Origin: a virus
Reading direction: 5' to 3' (one strand)
IMG/VR virus record: IMGVR_UViG_3300031999_000009
Coordinates: 19,274 to 83,273 of that record
DNA length: 64,000 nt
Made by a program: the position numbers and the translations under genes. Shown here one piece after another: positions 1 to 9,684 of this stretch. The first letter of the stretch is position 1. Every line of letters begins with the position of its first letter. Under the pieces are notes generated by a model. It was given only the letters and a program-made list of their open reading frames with translations. It had not been told where the DNA came from and made no database searches.

Positions 1-34
1 TCACGGCACGCGCCACCATGGATCAGAACTTCTA

Positions 35-538
35 ATGGGCATCCTCCTGACCTTCTCCGTGACCGGCGCCGAATCGGTGCAAAAGGGCCTGGCGGCTATT
101 CAGGCGGCCGTGCAAGACCTGACGCCGTTCTGGAAAGACGTGTTCGCGCCGAAGTATTTCGCGCTTGTGCAGGACCAGTTCAACACCGGTGGTCGCCCGC
201 GCGGCGAAGGTGGTCGGTTCAGTGGTGGCGCGTGGGCTCGCTTGTCACCGAAGTATGCAGCCTGGAAGAAAGTGCACTATCCAGGCGCGAAGATTCTGCA
301 GCGCACGGGCGATTTGCAGGAATCGCTTCGGTGGAACGGCAACGACCTCGGCAACGGTGGGATCTTCGACGCGCAGCCCTCGTTCGTGATTGCCGGCACG
401 TCGGTGCCGTATGGCCGGTATCACCAGGATGGCACGGGCTCGATGCCGGCGAGGCAGTTCATGCCGCAGCCTGATCCGGCAGTGTTCGCGCCGCTGATGC
501 TGAAGTGGATTCTGAAGGCGCAGGCCGGTGCAGCTTGA
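35..538 (+). CDS. Phage virion morphogenesis / tail completion (neck) protein
   Basis: 167 aa; W-x-x-LSPKY...ILQRTGDL...YGRYHQ-x-G...MPARQF pattern typical of HK97 gp10/Mu gpG-like neck proteins; lies upstream of the tail genes. Confidence 0.75.
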   Translation: MGILLTFSVTGAESVQKGLAAIQAAVQDLTPFWKDVFAPKYFALVQDQFNTGGRPRGEGGRFSGGAWARLSPKYAAWKKVHYPGAKILQRTGDLQESLRWNGNDLGNGGIFDAQPSFVIAGTSVPYGRYHQDGTGSMPARQFMPQPDPAVFAPLMLKWILKAQAGAA

Positions 539-1005
539 ACCACATTACGCAGGCGAAGCGCAAGCTGCGGGATTTGTTCCTGTTGCAGCTTCCCGGCAAG
601 TTGGCGGCAGCGGACGGTGCCGCGGCCGACGGGATTTCGACACCGGTGCCCTACGAGATTCACACGACGGACAAAGTGGATCTCGGCGGGATGCCATCGC
701 TCGAGTTGATCGTAACGGATTCGTCGCCGACCAAGGACAGCTACGCGCAGATTGTCAGGCACCGCGTCGTGGTTGGCGTCTCGCTCGGTGGCGACACCGA
801 GGAAGTCATATCGGCACAGATCGAACGCTACATCTGGGCGTTGCGGCAAATCTGTCGGGACACGCACTTGACGCCTATCGAGGGCACGGGGCCGCTGGAC
901 ACCGGTGGCGAGCAATACACGCCGTTGCAGCAGCGCCCAGGAACGGTGGAATCGCCCTTCGTGAAAGGCGCATTCATCGAAGTCTTTGTCACGACTGTTG
1001 AGTAG
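535..1005 (+). CDS. Putative tail terminator / head-tail joining protein
   Basis: TTG start overlaps the previous stop (TTGA); ~156 aa; assigned mainly by position between neck and tail tube genes. Confidence 0.45.
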   Translation: MNHITQAKRKLRDLFLLQLPGKLAAADGAAADGISTPVPYEIHTTDKVDLGGMPSLELIVTDSSPTKDSYAQIVRHRVVVGVSLGGDTEEVISAQIERYIWALRQICRDTHLTPIEGTGPLDTGGEQYTPLQQRPGTVESPFVKGAFIEVFVTTVE

Positions 1006-1013
1006 GAGAAACC

Positions 1014-1352
1014 ATGGCGCTTCTGACACCGTTGGTTCCCGTCATCACCGGCCCACTGCTTGGCGCAGTGGCCGCGGCTGGCGGTGGTGATTCGTTCTCC
1101 AACACGGGGAAAGAGCTGTTTTACGTCAAGAACGCCAGCGGCGGCGCCATCACCGTGACGTTCGACTCGCCTGCCACATGCTCGTTCGCAGGCGCGGCCC
1201 TCGCCGCGCATGACAACTCGGTCAGCGTTGGCGCGGCCGAGGAGCGTCTCATTGGCCCGTTCCCGGCGGTGCGCTTCAACGATGGCAGCGGCAACGTCAT
1301 CGTCACTTACTCGGGCGTCACGTCGCTGACGGTCGCCGTCATCCGGCCATAA
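1014..1352 (+). CDS. Small virion protein, paralog A
   Basis: AGGAG RBS; GGDSFSNTG...IGPFP..RFNDG; clearly similar to the next ORF. Confidence 0.6.
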   Translation: MALLTPLVPVITGPLLGAVAAAGGGDSFSNTGKELFYVKNASGGAITVTFDSPATCSFAGAALAAHDNSVSVGAAEERLIGPFPAVRFNDGSGNVIVTYSGVTSLTVAVIRP

Positions 1353-1362
1353 GGGGACATTC

Positions 1363-1725
1363 ATGGCAATTCTTGCAGTCCAAAAGCCCGTCCTGGCTGG
1401 CGCCACGCTGTCACTCGCAGCGGCGGCGGCCGGTGGGGACTCGTTTCCGAACACCGGGGTCGAGTATTTCCAGATCCTGAACTCCCACGCGACGTTGCCG
1501 CGCACGGTGACGTTCGATTCGCCTGGCACGTGCAATTTCGGGTTGGCTGCGAATGCCGCGCACGACATGGCGGTCGTGGTGCCTGGCGTGAGCGGCGCCC
1601 CCGCCAATCGCGTGGTCATTGGACCCTTTCCTGTGGGCCGCTTCAACGACGGCAACTCCAGGGTTCAGGTCACCTACAGCGATGCGGCTGCGGATCTCAC
1701 GGTCGCCGTGCAAGGGGCGGCGTAG
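1363..1725 (+). CDS. Small virion protein, paralog B
   Basis: GGDSFPNTG...IGPFP..RFNDG; tandem paralog of 1014..1352. Confidence 0.6.
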   Translation: MAILAVQKPVLAGATLSLAAAAAGGDSFPNTGVEYFQILNSHATLPRTVTFDSPGTCNFGLAANAAHDMAVVVPGVSGAPANRVVIGPFPVGRFNDGNSRVQVTYSDAAADLTVAVQGAA

Positions 1726-1727
1726 TC

Positions 1728-2009
1728 ATGCCGTTCTACCGTGTCCGCGACGGTCATCGACTCGGCCACAACGGTCAGACGTTGGAAGCCGGGACGGTGA
1801 TCGAGGTGTCGACCTACATCGGTCGCGAAGTCGCGGAGAAGTTGGAGCCATGCACTGCGGAAGGTGAAGGGCTTGGCCACCTGTCACCTGCCGATTTGCT
1901 GGTGGCGCAAGCGGCTCCGCACGAGCGAGCGTCGTTGATGCCACCGGCTGCGGTGCCCACGATAACCAAGGCGAAGGCTCCGGTCGAGACGGACTCGATC
2001 AAGTCGTAA
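1728..2009 (+). CDS. Hypothetical protein (structural operon)
   Basis: ATG at 1728 (MPFYRVRDG...), tightly packed between neighbours. Confidence 0.5.
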   Translation: MPFYRVRDGHRLGHNGQTLEAGTVIEVSTYIGREVAEKLEPCTAEGEGLGHLSPADLLVAQAAPHERASLMPPAAVPTITKAKAPVETDSIKS

Positions 2010-2035
2010 CGCGCCAAGTCTGACGGAGACGATAC

Positions 2036-2614
2036 ATGGCTCAATCACCAGCAAACATCCACATTGGCGCTGCGAGACTCTTCCTGGGCATCACAGCGCC
2101 GGCGACCGGCACGCCTCCGACGCTGATGACGCACACGGATGGTGTGCCAGCGACGGGCATCGAGGCCGGCTACACGCAGGACGCGGCGACGTTCACCTAC
2201 AAGCAGAACAAGCAAGAGGTGACCGCCGAGCAGTCGCTGAACCCGGTTGACGTCTTCGTGCTGAACGAAGAAATCTCGATCGAGTTCACTGCGATGGAAC
2301 ACGTCTACAACACGCTGAAGACGGCGTTCGACAACGTCGGCACGGTGGATGACGTGAACAAGTCGCTGTTCTACGGCGGCGATGGCGCCGGCCTCGTCAG
2401 CGTGACGACGCAGGCGGTCATGCTGTCCTCGCGTATCCGCACGGCGCCCACCAAGTTCGAGATCCTGGTGCTCTACCGGGTCTACAACATGGAAGGCATC
2501 ATCATGCCGTATGCGCGGACGACGCCGGCCGTCTACAAGATCATGCTCAAGGGCCTGGTCGACACCACGAGGAACGCGGGCGACCGTTCGTTCCAGTGGT
2601 TCAAAGAGAAGTAA
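2036..2614 (+). CDS. Major tail (tube) protein
   Basis: 192 aa; N-terminal NIHIGAARLF and GYTQD-like motif, beta-rich; upstream of chaperone and tape measure genes. Confidence 0.7.
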   Translation: MAQSPANIHIGAARLFLGITAPATGTPPTLMTHTDGVPATGIEAGYTQDAATFTYKQNKQEVTAEQSLNPVDVFVLNEEISIEFTAMEHVYNTLKTAFDNVGTVDDVNKSLFYGGDGAGLVSVTTQAVMLSSRIRTAPTKFEILVLYRVYNMEGIIMPYARTTPAVYKIMLKGLVDTTRNAGDRSFQWFKEK

Positions 2615-2625
2615 GCTCTCCTCGT

Positions 2626-2658
2626 GGTGGCCGGCGTGGATGCCGGCCACCGTCTTTC
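2626..2658 (+). terminator. Probable intrinsic terminator or stabilising hairpin after the tail tube gene
   Basis: GGTGGCCGGC (2626-35) pairs with GCCGGCCACC (2642-51), 6-nt loop; followed by a weak U-tract (GTCTTTC). Confidence 0.5.
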
Positions 2659-2726
2659 GTCCTGAGCAGCTCAGCTCTTTCTGGGCATTTCGGGTTGATT
2701 CGCCGCCCGAATAAAGGAGTCAGTTC

Positions 2727-3092
2727 ATGGGTATCACCAACAAGCAGCGTGGTCGGCAGATTTTCGAGGGCGGCGCATCGACGCAGCCTCAGAAGGCATA
2801 CGCGGCGGATGGCGCGATCAGCGCGCACCGCGACGAAATCGCGTTGCTCACGAAGGCAGGCGTCGGCGCCTACACGCTGGCCGCGCCCACGCGTGACAAC
2901 ATCCGCCTGACGATCATCAACCGGACAGCCAACGCGCATGTGGTGACGGCGACCGGCCTGCTCGATGATGGCGTGGTCGGCGGCTCGAAGAACACCATCA
3001 CCATGCCCGCGTTCGCTGGCGGGTCCGCCGAGCTCGTCTCGCATGGCGGCAAGTGGAACACGGTGGCGCTCAAGGCTTCCGTCGTCGCGTAA
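2727..3092 (+). CDS. Hypothetical virion protein
   Basis: AAGGAG RBS; 121 aa, Ala/Gly/Thr-rich. Confidence 0.5.
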   Translation: MGITNKQRGRQIFEGGASTQPQKAYAADGAISAHRDEIALLTKAGVGAYTLAAPTRDNIRLTIINRTANAHVVTATGLLDDGVVGGSKNTITMPAFAGGSAELVSHGGKWNTVALKASVVA

Positions 3093-3104
3093 TAGAGGAG
3101 CCAC

Positions 3105-3527
3105 ATGGCAGCCAGCACCATCAAAGCGTCGGCCGTGCAGGCCGGCGCTGGAACTGTTCTCGGATCGGCGATTGCGCTGAATCCAGCAATTACCTCCGGG
3201 CGGTTCGTCCTCGACGTGACCGCCGCGGCGACGCTTGCTGGGGACACGCTCGACGTGTTCGTGCAGACCTCCAGCGACGGTGGCGTGACCTACGACGACT
3301 TCGTGCACTTCACGCAGGTGCTGGGCAACGGCGGCGTGAAGACCTTCATCGCGCAATGGTCACGTGACATTGCGCCGACGTCAGCGCTGCACGCACGGCA
3401 AGATGGCGTGGTGTCGGCTGGCGTGTTGCAAGGCGCGCTCGGGTCATTCATTCGCGCGAAGTCGGTGACGGTTGGCACGGGCAGTTTCACGTTCGCGGTG
3501 ACGGCAGACCTGCTGCGCCAGAGGTAG
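3105..3527 (+). CDS. Hypothetical virion protein (beta-sandwich, decoration-like)
   Basis: GAGGAG RBS; LDVTAA...LDVFVQTSSDGG.TY.D pattern common in small phage structural proteins. Confidence 0.5.
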   Translation: MAASTIKASAVQAGAGTVLGSAIALNPAITSGRFVLDVTAAATLAGDTLDVFVQTSSDGGVTYDDFVHFTQVLGNGGVKTFIAQWSRDIAPTSALHARQDGVVSAGVLQGALGSFIRAKSVTVGTGSFTFAVTADLLRQR

Positions 3528-3530
3528 GCG

Positions 3531-4058
3531 ATGGGCACGCATCGACGGAGCGCCCGCGCTCTCCTCGACGTGCCTGCTGGCTGGGCAGTCATGCGGCAAA
3601 GCATGATTGTCCTCACCGACGCCCAAATTAAAGCTCTCCCAACAACAGGCATTGAAGTGGTTCCCGCTCGTTCGGGGATCACGCACATCGTTTCGCCTCC
3701 CTTGAGCCAGTGGTGGGTGGACACAACGGCAGGTGTTTACGCGACAGCCGCGGCGGCATCGTGGTCGTTGTTGGTCGGCCCCAACGAAGTGACTGGCTCC
3801 GCGTTGGTGCGGAACGCGCTACAGGCGGCGGGCATTTTCGGGCACCATTTCATCAGCGATGGCGATAACGGGGTTGGAGCGTTCAGCGGCACATTTGTCA
3901 GCAACTTCCACCCTTTCAGCGAGCGCGTCAACCAGCCGGTCCTCATTCGCGACTTCTTCGGCACCGTGGCAAACTACACGGGAGGGCACGCATCGAACCG
4001 GGCGCGCATTTGCGTGGCTTACCTCAGTTTCGACGAGACGCTCGGCGTCTACGTCTGA
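3531..4058 (+). CDS. Hypothetical virion-associated protein
   Basis: 175-aa ORF in the operon. Confidence 0.45.
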   Translation: MGTHRRSARALLDVPAGWAVMRQSMIVLTDAQIKALPTTGIEVVPARSGITHIVSPPLSQWWVDTTAGVYATAAAASWSLLVGPNEVTGSALVRNALQAAGIFGHHFISDGDNGVGAFSGTFVSNFHPFSERVNQPVLIRDFFGTVANYTGGHASNRARICVAYLSFDETLGVYV

Positions 4059-4074
4059 TGTTCCACGTGAAACA
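4059..4074. promoter_or_regulatory. parS: parS-like site 1
   Basis: TGTTCCACGTGAAACA matches the chromosomal ParB/Spo0J consensus TGTTNCACGTGAAACA; intergenic. Confidence 0.75.
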
Positions 4075-4094
4075 ATCGCGTTAGACTGGTCCTT

Positions 4095-4700
4095 GTGACC
4101 TTCGTCTTCCGCAACGGCGTCGTTCTTCCCGTCCCACCAGGCTACGCCGAAGACCCTGACCACCAGGCGCTTGTCGCCAAGCTATCCACCACGAACAGCT
4201 ACGCAGAAGCCGTAGCGGTCCTTGGGGGCGCCCCACTTTCGTCATGGCTCGCGGCCGACCTGCTCACCGGCGCGCCATGGGCTCGCCGCTTCTTGAACAC
4301 CACGGCACGGCTGTGGTCACAGGACAGGAAACTGGCCGAATCGGGCATCCGCGCCATGATGCGCGTGCTGTCGGGGCAAGAATCGAAGGCTGGGCGGCAC
4401 CGAACACTGCCGTTGACGCCGGCTGAACAGACTCTGGCGACCTCGGCCGTGGCCGCCTGGCGCGTATTGGTGGATGCCGCCTGGTCTACAGACCGCCCCG
4501 GACTGGCCCAGGCGCTCGCCAGGCACGCGAACGCCAGGTTCAAGCTCTCCAAGGCCCACGGGAAGGCGCTCGTGGCCCTGACGAGGCGCAGGCGGCTCAG
4601 ACGCGCCGACGTGGTCGTGGCCTTGGCCTCGTGGGAAACGGGGATACCCGCCAGGCGCCTTGGACCTCCACAAGCCGTCGCCGACCTGATCTACGGCTGA
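4095..4700 (+). CDS. Hypothetical basic, probably helical protein inserted in the tail operon
   Basis: 201 aa, Ala/Arg/Leu-rich, unlike its structural neighbours; weak RBS. Confidence 0.4.
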   Translation: MTFVFRNGVVLPVPPGYAEDPDHQALVAKLSTTNSYAEAVAVLGGAPLSSWLAADLLTGAPWARRFLNTTARLWSQDRKLAESGIRAMMRVLSGQESKAGRHRTLPLTPAEQTLATSAVAAWRVLVDAAWSTDRPGLAQALARHANARFKLSKAHGKALVALTRRRRLRRADVVVALASWETGIPARRLGPPQAVADLIYG

Positions 4701-4715
4701 TACCGCCGGCGGTAT
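4700..4715. repeat. Perfect 16-bp palindrome ATACCGCCGGCGGTAT, copy 1
   Basis: Identical copies at 33326, 54375 and 60501. Confidence 0.9.
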
Positions 4716-4809
4716 GGCTGGCAACAATTCTCGGGCAATTTCCGCCCACCCTTTCTTGCTCGACAATGAGGCTCTCAATGTCTGAGACGATTATGTCGAA
4801 GGAGAAGGT

Positions 4810-5328
4810 ATGAGCGACTTGAAGCTGCTGAACGCGCGGGCCCTGCGGCGAGAGAACGAAATCGAGGTTGACCTCGGCGATGGCACGATGGTCAAGGCAC
4901 GAAAGATGGACATGACGCTGCTCGTGTTCGAGGGCCTCGTGCCGATGCCGATGCTGTCGGCGGTGCAGCGGATGTTCGACGATCCTGACGCGACGCCCAC
5001 GGAGCAGGTCGAGAAGCTCGGCGACCAGGGGAAGCCCATGGTCGATCTTCTGCGCCGGCATGCGTCGATCGTCACGATCCAGCCGAAGATTTCCGTGGAG
5101 GACACGAACGATCCGGACACAATCCCGGCCTCCTATCTGAACATCCAACAACTCATGGCGATTTGGACTGCGACCGCTGTTGTGCCGACCTTCGGCACCA
5201 GCCAAGCCACGCGATTTCGTGGAGGAGCAGTCCCCGATGATGCTCCTGATGCACCAGCTGTCGAAGTCATACCAACGGGCACCGAGCTCGTGGTTGGTGG
5301 GCGACTCGTCGAATATATCGGTCAGTGA
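4810..5328 (+). CDS. Tail assembly chaperone (gpG-like)
   Basis: AAGGAG RBS; lies before the tape measure gene; overlapped by a second frame running to 5449. Confidence 0.7.
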   Translation: MSDLKLLNARALRRENEIEVDLGDGTMVKARKMDMTLLVFEGLVPMPMLSAVQRMFDDPDATPTEQVEKLGDQGKPMVDLLRRHASIVTIQPKISVEDTNDPDTIPASYLNIQQLMAIWTATAVVPTFGTSQATRFRGGAVPDDAPDAPAVEVIPTGTELVVGGRLVEYIGQ

Positions 5329-5449
5329 GCAGGCGTTCGCGCTGGATTTCGATGCGGCGTGTCTGCACCTGGGTCTTGACGCCGAGCGAAAACTCAAAGA
5401 AGGTCAGAACAAGAACACGCGCACGATTCGGCGCGTGATGGGGCGCTAA
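5216..5449 (+). CDS. Tail assembly chaperone frameshift extension (gpGT-like, +1 frame)
   Basis: In-frame TTT CGT at 5215-5220; +1 frame reads FVEEQSPMMLL...RRVMGR and stops 5 nt before the tape measure start. Confidence 0.6.
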   Translation, partial: FVEEQSPMMLLMHQLSKSYQRAPSSWLVGDSSNISVSEQAFALDFDAACLHLGLDAERKLKEGQNKNTRTIRRVMGR

Positions 5450-5454
5450 GACCA

Positions 5455-8400
5455 ATGGCTGACGACGAAGTTCTTATCAAGATCGCGGCCGACATCGCGT
5501 CGGCGGTCGAAGGACTCAGCACGCTCACTGAAAAGATGAGCGAGGTCGTCGGCCAGATCACGGACGTCGGCGCCAAGTCCGAAGAGGCCGAGGGCGCAAC
5601 CAAGTCGTTCTGGGAAACCTGGGTCGGCGGGGCTGAGAACGGCACGACGGCGAGCGTGCTCTGGGGCGAGCAGATGTCCCAGGCGTTCGACACGCTGAAG
5701 GAGGGGGTCGGCAACGCCATCAAAGCGTTGCCGAACCTCGTCGCCAATTCGGCGGCGGTTGGCGACGAGCTCTTCACGATGTCGAACCGGCTGAACATCG
5801 CCGTGGGCAGCATTGGCGAGCTGGAATACATCGCTGGGCAGAGCGGGGCGTCGATGCAGGGCATGGCCCGCACGATTCAGACGCTGGGCACGTCCCTGTC
5901 GGACGTGGAAGGCAAGTCAGCGAAGGCTATTTCTGCGCTCGGCCTGAGCGTATCTGACCTCAAGAAACAGAAGCCAGAGGAGGCGTTCTACCAGATTCTC
6001 GACGCCATCAAGCAGACCGTCCCCGTTGCGGACCAGAGCGCGAAGGCGATGGAAATCTTCGGCGGTCGGTTCCGTGCGAACACGATGCTGCTGAAAGAGG
6101 ACATCGCGGGACTCCGCGCGTCCTACAAACAGCTCGGCATGGCCGGCGAGGATCTGAACAAGCTGGCCGTCGAGGGCGATCGTTACTCGGACAACCTGAA
6201 GAACATCCAGCTGGTGCAGGACAGTTGGAAGAACAGCATCGCGAACGCGTTGCTGCCGACTATCAACGACCTCCTCGAAACGATGCCCGGCCTCGGCGGC
6301 GCGGTGCTGACGCTCGGCGAGGGGTTCATGTCGACCGCTTCCAGCGTGCTTCCGCTACTGGGCAACGTCGCGCTCCTGAAGGGTAGCGGCTTGGCGACGT
6401 GGGCCATGGAAGCGGCGAGCGCGATCCCTGGCGTGACCACTGCCGCCACAGCCTTGAAGGGATCGCTTGGGTTCCTCGGCTCGGCGGTGGCGGTCGTTGG
6501 CGTGGCGTTCGCGGCCTGGGAAATCGGCAAGTGGATCTCGAACCTGCAACTCTTCAGTGGTGAGCTGAAGACGATGTCGCAGTGGGTCGAGTATGCCGGC
6601 GCCAAGACCCTGCAGTTCTTCGGGATTGCCGAGAAGACCAGTGATGCCGACCTAAAGCTTGCAATCTCCTCGCGCGCGGCCGGCGAGGCGCACAAGGACC
6701 AAGCTAAGGCCACGGCAGAGGTTGGTGCCGCTGCGGTCAAGGCGGTTGACGGATTCGCACAACTCAACGCTGCCACGGCGAAGACGAAAGCTGAATACGA
6801 CGCGCTTCTGCCTACGCAGCGCGCGTCCATCAAAGCAGCGATTGAGCAAGGCGTCTCACTCAAGGACATCCACGACGCCACGCAAATCTCGACGGACGCT
6901 CTCACGCTCTTCAAGCAGGAAATGGAGAAGGCGAAGAAGGTATCCGACTCCGGCCCTCTCGGGAAATTCCTCAAGGAAGTGACGGACATGGCGCCGGCTA
7001 TGAAGGCGGCCCTGGCGTCAGGCGCCAACATGTCGTTGGTCGTCGAGCAATTCGGGAAAGCCGCCGACGATGTCGTGAAGAAGGCCACCCTGATCCCTGG
7101 TGCGCTGGAGAAGGTGCCAGTAGAGGTCAGGAAGATCGCGGATGAGTTCCAGAAAGCTGAACTCGCGAAAGTGATGGAGGGCATCCACAAGAAAACCATT
7201 GAGTTGGCGGCGGCGTTCCAAGAGAAGTTGCGCAAGGCTGCTGAAGAGACGATGAAGGCGATCAACGCCTCTGTGCTGGCCGCCTACACGAACATCGTCA
7301 AGATTGACGACGCGCTGGCGATCAGCGCCAAGACTGGCTCGGAGAAGCGCCTCGCCATCATCGCGAAGGCGCAACAGGACGAAGAGAACATCGCCAAGGG
7401 CCGGTATGGCGTAAGCGACGCGCTGCGAGAGAAAGAGCTCGACGCCATCAAGCGCAAGTATGACGAACAGCGAGCGCTGTCCGAGAAATACACCGGCGAC
7501 GTCGTGCGCGATGCGGAACTGCGCGGCATCAAGACCAAGGCTGAAGCCGAGAAGGAGCTTGCCGTAGAGCAGAAGGTGCTCGCCGACATGCTCGCTGCGC
7601 GTGGAGAGTTCACCTACAAAGATATCGAGAAACAGAAAGAAACCGTCAAGTCTGCCGAGGTTGCGGCCGGCAAGATGAAGGTCGACTGGGGCACGGCGCT
7701 TGACTCGATCAACGCGTCGTTCACGCAGATGGCCACGATCGCTGGTGGCTCCTTCGGCGGCATCTTGAAGGGCGTCGCTGAAGTTTCAAGCGGACTGGGC
7801 GTGATGAAGTCGTCGTTCGGCAGCGCGATCGGGATGTTCAAGGGCGCTGGCGGGCTCGGAGGCATTGCTGGCTCGTTCAAGAATTTGAGCGGTGGCGTCG
7901 GCGGATTGATTGGCGGGATCACCAAGGGCCTCGGGACCGTCATGCCGATGGCTGGCGCGATCATCGCTGGCGTCGGCAGCGCGATCAAGGTTGGCAAGAA
8001 GCTCTTCGACGTGTTCAACAAAAGCGCGGGCGAGAAGGCAGCCAAGGAGGTTGGTAAGAACTTCGGCACGACAATCACCGAGGAAGCGGGTAACGCGATC
8101 GCGAAGACCGCGAAGGACATGTTCAAGGGCGACCGCTTCGCCGCGTCGATCTACGAGATGAACTCCATCATCCAGACGGCCGGTGGCATCACCGAGAAGA
8201 ACTTCTCGCAGATGACCGCTCGCCTGCGTGACGTGTTCTCGATGGTCGAGACTGGGAAGTTCACCGTCGAGCAGGCAACGAAGGTGCTTGAGGAGAACTT
8301 CGGCGCGTTCGCCGACTACGTCACGAGTTCTGGCAAGGTTGCCTCGAAGGAATTCACCGACATCATCGCGCTCAACGCGAAGTTCGGCACGCAGTCCAAG

Positions 8401-9684
8401 CAGGTCATGGACTTCGTGGCTGGCCAGACGTCTCGTCTGGGCGGCGCGCTGGCCAAGATGGCCGGCTCGATGGATGAGAACGCCGAATCTGTCGCGAGGT
8501 TCGAGCGTCTGGCGGTGGCCGGATTCAACGCCGCAATCTCCGCGGGCGTGCCGTATCTCGACGCCATCGATCAGATGGGCCCGGCTCTCGACAAAATCTC
8601 TGAGAAGAACAAGAAGCTCGGACTCGCCGGCGGCGCCGCCATCCAAGAACTGCTGAAGTTCCGCGAGGTGGTGAACGCCAACAAGGATCTGGTCGAGTCG
8701 GCCGGCGCGTTGAACGAGGTCATGTTGGCGTTGTCCAACACGGGCGCCTTGAACGCGGAGACGATGGCCGACCTTGAGGCGCAGGGCTCCTCGACCTTCG
8801 CGCAGTTGACCGCGGCTGGGTTCACGGAGCAGCAGGCCCTGCAGCAGATGAAGGGCTATCTCGAGAACGTGCGTGACGCACACGAACGTCTCGGCCTTCC
8901 GATCGACGAGAACACGCAGAAGATGCTCGATCAGGCGACTGCGAGTGGCGTGCTGAAAGAGCAGGAGATGTCGACGAACGACGTCATGATGCAGGGACTC
9001 GGCGCTATCATCAAGGCGCTGGGCGGAGACTTGCCCGCGTCGTTCAAGAAGATGACCGATTCCGCGGTGGCCTCAGCCAACACCGTCGCTGGATCGATGA
9101 CCGGCACGGTCGGCGGAGCCGTCAAGGCCACCTCCGACCAGATCAAGGCGACCCCGTGGCAGGAATACGCCACGAAGGGTGTTGCGGCCGGGAACATCAC
9201 ATCCTCCGCCGTGAACAAGACGGCCAACGCGGTGGATGCCGTCGGCAACCAGCTGGAGAACACGGACTGGAGTGGGTGGGCTGACGAGCTCGTTTCGGCG
9301 GCCAACGCGGCCCAGGAAGCGGTGGACGGCGTCTCCTTGGGCCACTCGCCAGGCGGCCTGAAGGAGATCCCGCTCAAGATCAAGGACGCGATGGCGGCGT
9401 TCAAGGACTTCGAACACATCGGTGTTGGATCAGCCGAAGAAGTCCAGAAAAGCGTGGACGCGTTGAGCAGCGCTCATGCGAACATTGGCATCGCAGGTGA
9501 TGCAGCCGGTGGGGCGGCGACTGCAGGTGGCGGCGGCGGTGGCGAGACGTTCCACATCACCATCCAGGCGCTCGATTCCGCAGGAGTCGACGGCCTCACG
9601 GAGACGAAACTCATCCCCGCTATCGTGAAAGCGTTGCGGAAGGGTGGCCGCAACCTGAGCGACGTTCAAGGGGTCATCCAGTAA
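5455..9684 (+). CDS. Tape measure protein
   Basis: 1409 aa, Ala/Gly/Lys-rich helical composition; late GHSP motif; canonical position. Confidence 0.92.
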   Translation: MADDEVLIKIAADIASAVEGLSTLTEKMSEVVGQITDVGAKSEEAEGATKSFWETWVGGAENGTTASVLWGEQMSQAFDTLKEGVGNAIKALPNLVANSAAVGDELFTMSNRLNIAVGSIGELEYIAGQSGASMQGMARTIQTLGTSLSDVEGKSAKAISALGLSVSDLKKQKPEEAFYQILDAIKQTVPVADQSAKAMEIFGGRFRANTMLLKEDIAGLRASYKQLGMAGEDLNKLAVEGDRYSDNLKNIQLVQDSWKNSIANALLPTINDLLETMPGLGGAVLTLGEGFMSTASSVLPLLGNVALLKGSGLATWAMEAASAIPGVTTAATALKGSLGFLGSAVAVVGVAFAAWEIGKWISNLQLFSGELKTMSQWVEYAGAKTLQFFGIAEKTSDADLKLAISSRAAGEAHKDQAKATAEVGAAAVKAVDGFAQLNAATAKTKAEYDALLPTQRASIKAAIEQGVSLKDIHDATQISTDALTLFKQEMEKAKKVSDSGPLGKFLKEVTDMAPAMKAALASGANMSLVVEQFGKAADDVVKKATLIPGALEKVPVEVRKIADEFQKAELAKVMEGIHKKTIELAAAFQEKLRKAAEETMKAINASVLAAYTNIVKIDDALAISAKTGSEKRLAIIAKAQQDEENIAKGRYGVSDALREKELDAIKRKYDEQRALSEKYTGDVVRDAELRGIKTKAEAEKELAVEQKVLADMLAARGEFTYKDIEKQKETVKSAEVAAGKMKVDWGTALDSINASFTQMATIAGGSFGGILKGVAEVSSGLGVMKSSFGSAIGMFKGAGGLGGIAGSFKNLSGGVGGLIGGITKGLGTVMPMAGAIIAGVGSAIKVGKKLFDVFNKSAGEKAAKEVGKNFGTTITEEAGNAIAKTAKDMFKGDRFAASIYEMNSIIQTAGGITEKNFSQMTARLRDVFSMVETGKFTVEQATKVLEENFGAFADYVTSSGKVASKEFTDIIALNAKFGTQSKQVMDFVAGQTSRLGGALAKMAGSMDENAESVARFERLAVAGFNAAISAGVPYLDAIDQMGPALDKISEKNKKLGLAGGAAIQELLKFREVVNANKDLVESAGALNEVMLALSNTGALNAETMADLEAQGSSTFAQLTAAGFTEQQALQQMKGYLENVRDAHERLGLPIDENTQKMLDQATASGVLKEQEMSTNDVMMQGLGAIIKALGGDLPASFKKMTDSAVASANTVAGSMTGTVGGAVKATSDQIKATPWQEYATKGVAAGNITSSAVNKTANAVDAVGNQLENTDWSGWADELVSAANAAQEAVDGVSLGHSPGGLKEIPLKIKDAMAAFKDFEHIGVGSAEEVQKSVDALSSAHANIGIAGDAAGGAATAGGGGGGETFHITIQALDSAGVDGLTETKLIPAIVKALRKGGRNLSDVQGVIQ

